A stretch of DNA of 64,000 bases, from positions 50,964,001 through 51,028,000 of the forward strand of contig CM060732.1 of NCBI GenBank assembly GCA_030704615.1, in the 5' to 3' direction. Both the position numbers and the translations under genes were made by a program. Of the stretch, positions 23,416 to 35,181 are shown in pieces (the first letter of the stretch is position 1; every line of letters starts with the position of its first letter). The notes under the pieces were generated by a model that made no database searches, had not been told where the DNA came from, and saw only the letters and a list, made by a program, of their open reading frames with translations. The DNA comes from Takakia lepidozioides (taxonomy: Eukaryota > Plantae > Bryophyta).

Positions 23416-24640
23416 TCCACCATGCAGCCAAAGTGCTTTACTGTCAGAGTGACACCATGATCTTGACTAAGGGAATCGAAGCAGTGTCTTCCTTCATCCA
23501 GTAGGCCAATGTGGCTGCATGCAGATAGAACACATATAAAGGTGATATTGTCCGGCTTCAAACCGTTCTTTTGCATTCCTTCAAATAGTTGCAAGACCTC
23601 CCTATGACAACCACGTTGGGCATATCCTGCAATCATCGTGTTCCACGACACCACATTTCGTTCAGCCTGCACATTGTCAAATACTCCCTTTGCATCCTCA
23701 ATGCACCCACATTTCGCATACATGTCCACCAGGGCAGTGTCCAGAATGACATTTGGTACAATTCCAGCTTTGATGATGTCACTGTGCACCTCTTTGGGCC
23801 CTTTCCAGGGCTGCTAGGCTTGCACAAGCATTGCAAACGCACACAAACGTGATGTGGTTGTGCTTCACCCCTTCCCCCATCATTTGCTCATAGGTCTCCA
23901 AGGCCCCGTGCCCCTGCTGTGTATACCCTGCAAGCACGTGCACTCCACGACACCACATCTCATTTAGCCATAGTATTGAACACTCGCTCCGCATCCTCAA
24001 TGCTCCCATATTTGGCATATATGTCCACAAGGGCAGCGTCCAGAATCACATCTGGTACAATTCAGATTGACATGCAACCATGGTTCTTTGCCCTTTTCCA
24101 GGGCTACCAGGTTTGCACACAAACGTTATGTGGTTGGGCTTCATCCATTCCCCCCTCATTTGCTCATAGGTCTCCAAAGCCTCCATCCATACCCCTGTTG
24201 TGCACATCCTGCAAGCATCGCGCTTTCCATGACACCATATCTCGTCCAGCCATAGTGTTGAACATTCCCTCCGCACTCTCAATGTTCCTACATTTGGCAT
24301 ACATGTCCACAAAGGTATTGTTTAGAATCACATCTAGTACAATTCCAGCTTTTGCGATGCAACCATGCACTTCTTTGCCCTTTTCCAGGGGCTGCCAGGC
24401 ATGCACACAGACTGCAAACGCACACAAACATGATGTGCCTTCACCCCTTCCCCATCATTTGCTCATAGGTCTCCAATGCCTCCATCTCGCGCCCCTATTG
24501 TGCATACTTTGCAATCCATGACACCACATCTCATTTAGCCATAGTGTTGAACATCTCCTTTGCATTCTCAATGCATTCACATTTGACATACATGTTCACC
24601 AGGGTAGTGTTCAGAATGACATCTGGTAATCTGACAGACA
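23416..24640 (-). pseudogene. PLS-class pentatricopeptide repeat (RNA-editing-factor type) pseudogene
   Basis: Repeated TALVDMYAKCG.IEDA..VF...RNVVSWN.MI.GYAQ and FICVLSACSHIGLLDEGRHCFDSL...KHFGCMVD. Multiple frameshifts. Truncated at MVD, before the E/DYW region, by an insertion. Confidence 0.93.
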
Positions 24641-25730
24641 TTCACCTTTTTGCCTCGATTGTCCCACCATTGGCTGTGATCATAGAAGTATTCATCCCAC
24701 AACTTCTCCTCATCTATGTTACGTGTTTTTGGATACTTTCCTGTTGTCACACCGGCAGTACTATGTCGAAGTCACTCCAAACTACCAAAGGTTCACTCAA
24801 TCAGCTAACTTGCAGAATTCAACATGGAAATGTAGGGCTGATTCTGATAAGAGTGGAAAACAAGGTGAAATGTGTTGAAGAAGCTGTCTTCTCCTCATGT
24901 TATCTGTTTTTGGATACTTTCCTGCTGCCACATCGGCAGTAACTTGTCAAAGTCACTCCTAACCACCATAGATCCACCTAACGAACTAACTTACAGAGTT
25001 CAATATGCATCTCAGGGCCGAGTCTGATGAGAGGGTAAAACAGGCAGAAATAGGTTGAAGAAGAAGGTGCCCTCACCACATTGTCCTGACCTTGTGTCAT
25101 GACCCATAGAGGATTTGACCGAACATCAACCCTAAAGAACCTCTTATGTGTGCAGCTTGTGTCTGCTGCGTCCAGAATGACATCTAGTAATCTGCAGGCA
25201 TTCACCTTTTTGCCTCGTTTGTCCCACCATAGGCTGGGGTCAGAAAAGTATTCATCCTACAGCATCTCCTCATCTCTGTTTACCTGTTTTTTTAGATTTC
25301 TTGTGTCACATTGGCAGTATCATGTCAACGTCACTCTAAACTACCAAAAGTTCACCCAACCAGCTAACTTGCAGAATTCAACATGGAAATGTAGGGCCGA
25401 TTCTGATAAGAGGGGAAAACTGGGTGACATGTGTTGAAGAAGGTGCCTTCTCCTCAGCTATGTTATTTGTTTTTGGATACTTTCTTGTTGTCCCATGGCA
25501 GTAACTTGTCAAAGTCACTCCTAACCACCACAGATGCACCCAACGAGCTAAAGTACATAATTCAACATGCATCTCAGGGTCGAGTCTAATGAGAGAGGAA
25601 AACAGGCAGAAATAGGTCAAAAAAGAAGTTGCCCTCACCATATTGTTCTTGACCTTGTGTCATGACCCATGGAGGACTTGACCGACCATCAACCCAAAAG
25701 GACCTCTTGTGTGTGCCGCTTGTGTATGTA
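24610..25730. repeat. Nested tandem duplication: two ~560-bp units, each with two ~195-bp subunits
   Basis: CAGAATGACATCT..TAATCTG..CATTCACCTTTTTGCCTCG at ~24612 and ~25173. Four copies of TTTTGGATACTTT...GGCAGTA...GTCACTC at ~24730, ~24910, ~25290 and ~25470. Confidence 0.8.
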
Positions 25731-28459
25731 GTAAGGTACTATCGGATTTCTCTGTGAGAATTTCCATACATAGTCTGTATGTGAGGGTATTTAATAAACC
25801 CCATTCTGTTCACGCACGTGATAGGTACGTTAAACCTTGGTGCACCCCCCAGGAGCCTATGTAGCTCCTTGGCTTTTCTTCCACAATATGCACCATCTCA
25901 TACAGAAGGAATGAACTTGCTCACTTCACCTTCTAGCTCTCCTCAAGCTTGAATTTGGAAGCCACACTTGGAAAGCATGCGCCACACATGCGCCACTTGC
26001 TTGGTCAACCACTTGCTTCACCAAGAGCAATCCAAGAACTCATAGAACTAGTAAAAACATTCCCTTCTAACGCCGCCTTTGCTTGCTTGTTTGTCAATCA
26101 AATGAAACCCCACTTGGTTTCATTTCACCGTGGATAGAACAACCACTTCTTAGCTTCTCTTGAACTACTCAATTCTCTTCAAGCTACTCTTGTTGTACTC
26201 CTTCTATGGTGTTTCCAACCCAAGCATGTGCCGCTCTTTGGCTTCTCTTTCACACCATGAACAACTAGAGCTTGCTCTTGAAACCGTAGTGTCTATCTTC
26301 GCCACACACACGATACTTCTCTTGTGATGCAAGAGCTCTTTTCCAAATTCTCAAACCCTTAGTGCACATACAAGCACTTACCTTGCAAAACCATACAAGC
26401 TTTATGACACAGGAACTCTCTCCTTAAGCTCTCCACCTCTGCAAAGTCTTGTAACTCAAGAGCTCTCTCCTTTAGCTCTGCACTTCTTTCATGCAATGCA
26501 AAACACTCTCATTGCAACACCTTGCAAGCCTTGTGAGATACTCGAGTTTTCCTAGCTCTCTCACTCTTTAGTGTACACCAACACAAGTGCTAAAGCATAA
26601 GGTCATCTTCTTGTAGTGATAATGGAAAGTGAACAATGGAAACACTCCACTCAATCACATAAACTAAGTCAAGCCAATGGCACCTTTGCTAAAGGAATCC
26701 ACCCTACAAAGCCCTCACCACACTCTCTCTCAATACCTAGACCTATGGAGGTGGGAGAGGCTCATGGAGGCTCAACTACACTGAAGATGAGCCCTCCTCA
26801 ACCCTCACAAGGGGAAAACCCATCCCCATGTCCCAAGTGAGGTTTGACACCTCACTTGGCATGTGAGACCAAATGAAGTCCCAACACACAAAATACAAAT
26901 ATAATTATCCAAAATGTCCTAATTAACGAGAAGTAGGTAATTCAGCTAGTTAACCATGATTAAAACCATGACAAGGAAAATGAATGAATCAAAGAAACTC
27001 CCTTCATTGAAAATGTATATTTTCTTATTACAAAGGACTACCAAGAAAGATATGGATTTTTAGTGTAACTAGAGGTTTAGGGTTTATGGTTTAAGGTTGA
27101 CTTTAAGGTTGACCTTAGGATTTCGACAACTTAATCTAATCACAATTTGTTTATTAAAATGAATTTGCCTTATACGTCCATCGACTTTCTCATTCAATGC
27201 ATTGCACTTTCATTTTTCAAACTTTACCAAAAAATATTGTGTACTTCTTAAGGACTACAAATAAGGACTTTCTGAGCCACCGTAGCTTGCTTTCACCCTG
27301 TGACAATAACGCAATCTCACTACACCAGTGAGACAAGTTCTTGATCGTGTCCGCTAAGAATAAGGTGTGATAGACGGGCATAGTACACTCCAAGCTTGTC
27401 AATAGCACCAAGCAGGGCCCCCACGGGATTGTCAAGTCGTAGAGATATTGTCTTTGTCGTTGTCATAGGAGAATGTTGCACCTGTGTGAGCACTCGTACC
27501 TGGGCATCATATAGCAAACACTGCTTTGAGGAAAAAAGATGGCTAGTCGAATAAGCAGGGGTGCTGGTGATGTGCGGGGGAGTGCATCCCCACACACTAT
27601 GCAGCTCGGCGGTTGGGCAAATGGTGGGAGTAATGATCCGGAACTTGAGGTTGAAAAACTTAGCAGAATCTAGCCTGGCGGGCCTTAAAAGAAGCGCTAG
27701 AGTCGAGCAGAGCAGAGTGTGATGACATTGAGCTCCAAAGCGGTAGTAGCGTTGCGCAGCAGTGCTGCGAGCGCGGATCGTGTCCTTGGCGGCGACCACA
27801 ACTAAGTCATGCGATGGGCTAAGACGGCTAGACCACTAAAAGGATGTGAAAGAATACAAAGAATAAGAGATAATATGGCGGATACCTAACTTTTAGACAT
27901 AACTATGGGACTTAGCTAGTTCTGGCGGCGGGAGAGCGGAGCTCCGCGCCCTCCCGCACTCTACTTCTAGGTGAATTGATTCTTAGTTCCATACGCTTGT
28001 TAGTTTGTAGTTGTCAATTATTTCTTTTTACATGTAACTGATCCTGACTTGTTTAGTACATTCAACTACAGGAAGCAAACTAGTACAATTGTGACAATAA
28101 AATAATAAGGTCCTTTCCATGAGGCAAGACCGTAGTGGCATTATTGTTCCACCAATTCCGAAAGTGAAGATGGTTCAAAAAATGCCATAGATTACATATT
28201 TTGATTAGTTTACCTCCTTACGTAATACGTTTATGTGATCCTTCATGGAGATTCAAGTCGTTGAGCACTAAGTTGGTTTGTCAACTGGAACCTACTAAAT
28301 GTATCAATATTGGTGTGTTTGCTACTAGCCATATGGACAATTATGAAAAATTAGCTCATGTTATTTGCTTAGTTTCACTTTATGTGTTCTAATGTAGATC
28401 ATATAGTTTTGCATCAGATTAATTGCATTGTTATAACATGTCAAATTATTTATAATCAG

Positions 28460-29830
28460 ATACATTTTACCCGTGGATCAAGATCTAGCCAAAACAAAGA
28501 AGAAAGTGGAAGAACACTCGATGTGCGTAATAGTGCGGAACTCTCTAATTGGTCCAGTGATTTATTACATCTGTTTTGTAGGTGAGCCAGCAAATTTGCC
28601 CGTCTTTAGGCGGTTCGAAGAATTCCTAACTGAGAAGGAGCAAAGCAGGGCATCAAAGAAATCAGCAGACTCAGCGGTGCCTATCGGTGGGACTGCATTG
28701 CCGCTAGGTCCAGCAGGTTTGTTTTCTTTTGTTTACTTTTGTGTTCTATTCTTAAACCTTGATGTGATTTGTTTCCTTATATTGCTTTATTTGAAAAACA
28801 AAGGTTTATATCATGACTTTAGAATCCTTGTTGGATTATAGCTTTAACTGCCATGCATGAGAAGTTTGTTTTGTGTACTCAGGATTCGAACCCGTGAATG
28901 AAGACCATCCGCTGTTCCGATTCGTGGAGTCTCTAATGTCCGTCAAACATCATCTAGATCAGGCACGGACGGGCTCTGGATTTTCAATCAGTTTGCCGGA
29001 TGGTGTCTGTTGGTTTGGTAATTAGTCGACTTTCACAAACCAAGTTTTTGTTCGGAGTGCTTATGTTAAGTTGAAAGATGCTCGCCTTGCTTATTTTAAG
29101 AGTGGGTCTTTCTATGCAACTTTGTTCACGGGCACCTCTCAAATTGGTAAGTCACACCTTGCTGCACTGATGGTGGCAGAATTCTTAATTGACGGGAAAT
29201 GGGTTGTTCTGGAAAGGTTGCCCTCAGCAGATGCGAGGTCACGTTTGATCTACATGCTTGAACTGCCCAAAGATGGCCGTCCAATAGTTCACATAACAGA
29301 CCGGAGCCTATTTGTCTTGACAGTGCTGCAAAAGAAAATCAATAGGGCAGGATACATTGTGGATGGTTGTATTCCTGCAAGCATCCTTCTAGGGAGTGCC
29401 CAAGTAGATTGCAGTTGGTTTTTGGCAATGCACAAAAGCAACTCTTTACGCTTTCACGAAAGTTTCCTGACACCCTTGTGTTATACATGCCCCTCTTTGA
29501 GCTAGAGGACTAGCTCGAGAAATGTGCTAAAGCCGTAACACGCTTTAGCAAATTAGAGGTGTCCAAAATTGGGGAGTGGTTTGCTCTACCATTACGGATT
29601 TGACAATTGTGATGTCGAACAAAAGCTGGTGCAGGTGGAATTGCACTCACAGTGCTTTATGAACAAATTTTGGGCAACAATATTGGGAATGGAAGATAAA
29701 CTTGCGTGATGCAATGAACACCTCCTCAATCAATATCCACCTGCTTTATGTTTGAACTAGTGGGTAGAGATAAAATCTTCCACTGAACAGTTCCTGATCC
29801 TGAGGACCTCCCGAAGAATTCAAGCAGCCC
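28460..29830 (+). pseudogene. Crinkler (CRN)-like P-loop NTPase effector remnant
   Basis: LPDGVCWFG...VFVRSAY, Walker-A-like LFTGTSQIGKS, Walker-B-like YIVDG, and a frameshifted LYMPLFELED*L resembling the YMP.W..EEL motif of CRN NTPase domains. Contains stops. Confidence 0.6.
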
Positions 29831-31813
29831 AGGGAAGAAGTGTCGACGAAAGTATAGTAGAGTGTGTCAAAGATTTGCTTCATCACAAGTTGCAGCTCTC
29901 TTGAGTTTGACTATGGGCCGGGGGGATTTGCTATTCTATCAGCTATCAACCATCAGTCATCAGCCATCAGTGTGACGTGGATGCGGAAACGGCGGCCACG
30001 TGACAATATAATATTTTTTCTCGGGCTGCCCGTAATTGTATGCTTGGATTTGTGAGAAACAATAATGAAAAATGACACGGAATTGTACTAACACGCCACC
30101 TTTGGCTGCCGAAGGTGGAGGCTGAGCGGGAGAACATAAAGGTAAAAACGAAATATATGGATGTTAGAAAAAAGAAAAAAGAAAAAAGAAAAAAGAAAAA
30201 AACACAACAACAACAACAACATGAGATATAGACTTCTAATGTGGAAGAATTTGGCACGAACGTGGAAGAGTTTTGCATGTTTTTGAGCCATTTTAATCTC
30301 TAGCTTGAATTATCGTATGCTACGGAAATGTCCAGGGATGCTGGTGAAAAATATGTATATTTATTGGACCTAAGTTGAACCAAGGTGGCTCTTCTGTCCT
30401 TGTATAAGGTACTTTTCGCTTTTTGAAATGTGATCTTGTATTCAATGTCAAACTCTAAAATTTAATTTTTTCAGGGCAGGTTCGTTGGGCAGGATTGAAA
30501 TGTTCTTGTTCATCTTCGTTGACCTTCGTCACTGATGGAATTGCGTTGGTAACTGATAGAATATGAGCTCTCTGGGCTGGGATGCATGAAATCAAGCAAC
30601 TAGATGGAGCAAACAACGAAGAGATATCTGGTTTAAGCATCTGGCTCACTTTATGCTAGCATTAGGTGGACCTTTTAAATGCGGCCAGGGTTATTTTGAA
30701 CTCGCACTGCCAAAGTCAACGATACATATATTTTACAGTATAAAGCAAGCTGAATCGGTGGAAACAAATTGTACGAAATACTACATGCCCTCGATGTGAA
30801 TGACTCCATTACTGAAACTCACATGTCTTGACTGAGTGTATTGACTAGAAAGTATATTCATAATCTTGTGATTTATGTGGTCTACGAGGTCTGTCAATTA
30901 CAAAAGAAAGAAATAGACATCTACTTCTACAAATTGAGATTATTAAAAGTTCTTGCATGAATACCTATTGGTCACTTAGTTATCAGCGTCAGTGACATTA
31001 GGTCACGTGGTTTGGGTCACGTAGTTTTGAAATATATACATGTAATTTTTAAATGGGTGACAAATGTGACACGTAAAATGTACACGTCTCCCGCAAAATT
31101 ACACATGAATAATTTTTGTTTTTATTTTTTATTTAAAAAAATTAGACGACCATTTGACAGTCGTCCTACCATCACCATCATGTGCAGTATACGTAAGCTA
31201 CCGCCTCGACAATGGAATAAATTGGGTCGCGTGCAAGTAAAACAATTAAAAAAAAATGACTCGACGTAAAGTCGGTTTTATACCGTCATCAACAAAAACC
31301 GTTAGTATCAATCTGGATTCTTCCCACTTATGTAAACGCAGATGTGTTTGGGTCACGTCACGTCATATTTGACAACTGGGATTGGTCAGATCCACATGTC
31401 AAGGAAGATACGTAATTTAACTCGTCTAGATCATGGTTTTTATTGATACATTTGCTAACTCTAATTCCTTCTTCATGCATGGTTTTTTCACTTTGTCCAT
31501 TCAATATCATTCTAGTTTTTCTTACGAGTTTCTAGTTTGTATGCATGAAGTCTGTATTTTTTTAAGTTTGTGGTAGTTTATAAGTCTATGTGTTTCTAGA
31601 TTGTAAGTGTAGTAAGATGTTTGATTAAATATTTTACATATCTTCTTGGGTTTAGTTATGAATTTTCAGGGTGCGACATTGACATCACTTTTTTGCTCCA
31701 TTGGCTTAATCCAAATCATTGCATGAGTTTGTTTGCATGCAATGTAATCTACAAATTATCCTTGTCTTTTTTATTTCAAGGTTCTTTCTACAAAATGAAC
31801 ATTGTTGGGATTG

Positions 31814-31985
31814 ACAACTAACATTTAGCCCAGTGATAAAAGCATACACCACTTCACTTGTGGTTGTGAGTTCAAACCACATATTGGATATTATAAATCT
31901 GTCCATCTCCGACGAGAAGGCAATACTAGCTTTGTAGGGTCAAGAGACACTATTATTGCGTATGCTTCGGCAACTCGGACTTTTT
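31814..31985 (+). mobile_element. Second, diverged copy of the tRNA-derived SINE
   Basis: Collinear similarity to 17435-17607: TAGCCCAGTGA, GTGGTTGTGAGTTCAAACCAC, GAGAAGGCA, GGGTCAAGAGACAC, TGCTTCGGCAA; followed by a T-run. Confidence 0.75.
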
Positions 31986-33591
31986 CTATTAATTTAATTT
32001 TTGGGATCACAAACCAAGTGCAATAAACATGAAGTTTGTAGTCTGTATTATTCAAGTTTGCACTACTACGTATTTGTATTATTTAGATTGTAAAGGTCAA
32101 ATGTTTGATCTTCTCTCATATATTTTTGTTGGCCTAGGCTACATCTAGATGTCAATGTTTATGTTTTGCTCGCACTTGTGAGGATTGAGCTATGACTGAT
32201 CTCACAGCAAAAAGCGTGAGATAAGTTGTGATTAGATTTGTCATTTTCTCCTCTAGTTTATTTGAAGCACAACAATCATATCATAACGTCCAATCAATGT
32301 AGTGTGTATTTTGGTCAAGAAACCAACATGGATCTAATTAGGAATTGAAGCACATCCTCAATTAATATATTGGGAACCACACACACCTTTTATTCTCAAA
32401 ATTATCATTTCTATAAACTATGTATACTAGAAAAGTCCAACCAGTTAAAACCAATATTATGTAGGTTAATATCTAATTTAACTAATATATTATTAATCAG
32501 ATGATATGATTATTATAATATTAATATAAAACCTAATTGTAAGAAATGTATTGCTAGTTGAATGCGAGTAGGAGGTGATGTCAATTTATCAAATAATACT
32601 GATGGAAGAGTAGCCCAAAAACTGACATATTTGTAAACTTGTGTAACAAAATCATAATGCCCAAGTTTCAATGGCTCCTTGTTCGCAGCTTATTACCTAC
32701 ATTATTGTCCATCACCAAACATCAACAACATGTACATTAGAACATTCCATATTACATTCAATTACAGAAAGAAAAATAAAAACTCGAGACCAAAAGCTTC
32801 AACCTACACCTATTATTCATATTTTGTTTTTCAAATTCCAGTGATGACCATTAGGTCACACCCGGCTTAGCATAGACGACCATAGGGTCCATTATTGACC
32901 ATAGTGACCAATATTTTCACCGTCGACATGATAATTCCACAAAAGCACACAACAATTTTAGAAAGAAAAAGAAACGGTTGAAACTTCCTCTAGTTGTAAC
33001 TACTTCCCAATAAAGCATATGGGTAATTGAAACCATAACATTAAGAAAGGAGAGAGGCTCGGGAAAGAGAGGGAGCTATGCATAAATGTCATGTTAATTC
33101 TACTATTTTTCGTTCATAGGTATATAGTTTGACATCTCGTCACTAGTATTGCGGAGCCATAGTATAAAATATATGTTATAATAATAATAATAATATTTTG
33201 TTTGTATTTTCTTTTTTTAAATATATATATTTATAGACATATAACTTTAAGGTTGATCACAGAAACAACTTAAACCCTTAAAGATATACACACACATACA
33301 TTGTATTCGTTGCATTGATTATATGATATAGATATTGAATTATGTTTAATATTATCCCACCTCAAAATTAGGATGTTTTATTTCCTTTATAGGCATTTGT
33401 GTCGGGAGATCCAATTCTTCCATATCATCCTGCATGTGCATGTCAATTTAATCAAGTGAGCAATCTATATTAATATTCTAATATGTATGTTTAAAAGTTT
33501 ATGGTGGATAATCAAATATTTGATCATCTAGACATATATATTTATTATGTAAAATATCAACTCACCAATTATCATTATGAGGTTTTATGTA

Positions 33592-34461
33592 TCATGGGTA
33601 TATTAATTTAATTATAATTTTTAACATAATAAAATTTACCTTATCAAGCCACGTAAAATCAACCACCACCTCTCCATATCCAGAATCATCAATCTTAGTG
33701 TATTTGCATGCCCGTAATTCTGCTTCAAAATCTCGTAACAATGTGTCTTGATAATTTAGAGGCAGAGGAAAAGCATGGCTTTGCCCTTGCTTCAAACATT
33801 GGGCAATGGAAAATGCAAGGCGCCATTTGAATTCATCAATTACATCTGTTTCTATATCTCCACTAGCTATTGTATTTGGCACATCTCCACAAACCGCCGT
33901 ATAAATAAGCTTTTCATCGGATCCAACTGTATTATATTGATAAATTCGAAACACCTTAATCCAATATCTCAAGCCAGTGTAGTCTTTTTGTATGTACCAT
34001 GTGGATGGGATGGAAGGAGAACTCGAAGGTCGGTAAAAAGTTGATGGAGTTGGAGCAAATGGAACAGTCGGTAAATAACAATAGCTATTTGGGATGTTTG
34101 CGAATTTGACATCGAATGTTGGTGATCTTGTTATTGGACGAGATCTTCCAAGTGGGCTTGAGGCCCTTGTGCCCGGAGTCTTGTAGATAATCTTATCTTT
34201 GGAACTTTTAGATATAAGTTTGTTAATATGTCTAGATTTATAATGCGTTTCTATATTTTGAAATGAAGATGGATTTCCTATAGCTTTTGGTTCATGAGTT
34301 TCATGTTGTGGCAATAGAGACAATGAATTTGTCTGTTCCTCGATTGTTTGACGATGATTTTCTTTTCGTGCTGATAGAGATATAGTTTCAAGCACCTCAC
34401 ACTTGCCGTTCTGTTGGTTCAATTTTAGCTTTAAAGTGCGAGGTGTTAGTGGCTGACCCAT
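33592..34461 (-). CDS. Hypothetical protein (289-aa open frame; probably spliced after WLDK)
   Basis: Long uninterrupted ORF in very AT-rich DNA. Low-complexity S/P/R N-half and globular-looking C-half. AAG|GTAAAT donor near 33640. No family recognised. Confidence 0.5.
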   Translation of the reverse strand: MGQPLTPRTLKLKLNQQNGKCEVLETISLSARKENHRQTIEEQTNSLSLLPQHETHEPKAIGNPSSFQNIETHYKSRHINKLISKSSKDKIIYKTPGTRASSPLGRSRPITRSPTFDVKFANIPNSYCYLPTVPFAPTPSTFYRPSSSPSIPSTWYIQKDYTGLRYWIKVFRIYQYNTVGSDEKLIYTAVCGDVPNTIASGDIETDVIDEFKWRLAFSIAQCLKQGQSHAFPLPLNYQDTLLRDFEAELRACKYTKIDDSGYGEVVVDFTWLDKVNFIMLKIIIKLIYP

Positions 34462-34698
34462 GAGAGAAATGATCTATTGATTATATAAAAATTTATCATG
34501 TATGTGATTTATGCTCGATTGCGGACTCAATTGCAACTTTCCAAAATTGCTGTTCAAATCTTGTACGGCCATGTTAGCTAATTAATATCTGTAATCTCCA
34601 GCAATATGATAGATAGAACTAAACATTAATATCTCACAACATATTATTTTGATTGTAGAAAACTATATTATACCCTACAATAGCATTGTTGTGTTTTT

Positions 34699-35181
34699 TC
34701 AACGGGGTGGAGACTTAGGGAAAAGAGGGGTTAAAGGGGAAGGTTTGATAGCACAATGGGCTCTATGGCAACTATCTGATTGATCTCCTACATTTGTAGA
34801 TATATGTCGAGGTGATATCTTTTTCATTTTTCTTGGAGTCCCTTTTTGTCTTGGGCTAATAGTTGAAGCCTCTCTAGAAACTTGAATAAGTTGTTGTTGT
34901 TGCTTGGCTCGTTGAGATATTTCAGCAAGTATGGAAGCTTCTTGAATTTTTTGTCTAGCGGCTAGGTCTTCTGCTTGTTTTGCTATAATTTTTGCTTGAC
35001 AAATCCAAGAGTCATAGGGTTTTGAATCTTTGAAGGCATGACCAATGTAACGGCCTTCAGGTCCATACCATAGTTGATGTTGATAGATATGTAGACCTCT
35101 ATTTGTCGTAATTTTTACTAGCTTAAAGCCAAGGTTTGTCACCATATATTGTTTAAATTGATTGATATCCAAGTCTGTCAT
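34699..35181 (-). CDS. Hypothetical protein (160 aa)
   Basis: Open frame in AT-rich DNA, co-oriented with the 289-aa ORF. A TATA-like CCTATATAAG lies on the minus strand near 35555. No family recognised. Confidence 0.4.
   Translation of the reverse strand: MTDLDINQFKQYMVTNLGFKLVKITTNRGLHIYQHQLWYGPEGRYIGHAFKDSKPYDSWICQAKIIAKQAEDLAARQKIQEASILAEISQRAKQQQQLIQVSREASTISPRQKGTPRKMKKISPRHISTNVGDQSDSCHRAHCAIKPSPLTPLFPKSPPR

Noticed and set aside
25740-26950. Solo LTR
   Set aside because: The composition is LTR-like, but I could not identify TG...CA termini or a TSD.
27070-27125. Interstitial telomeric repeat
   Set aside because: Only one exact TTTAGGG plus a few degenerate units; too short to call.
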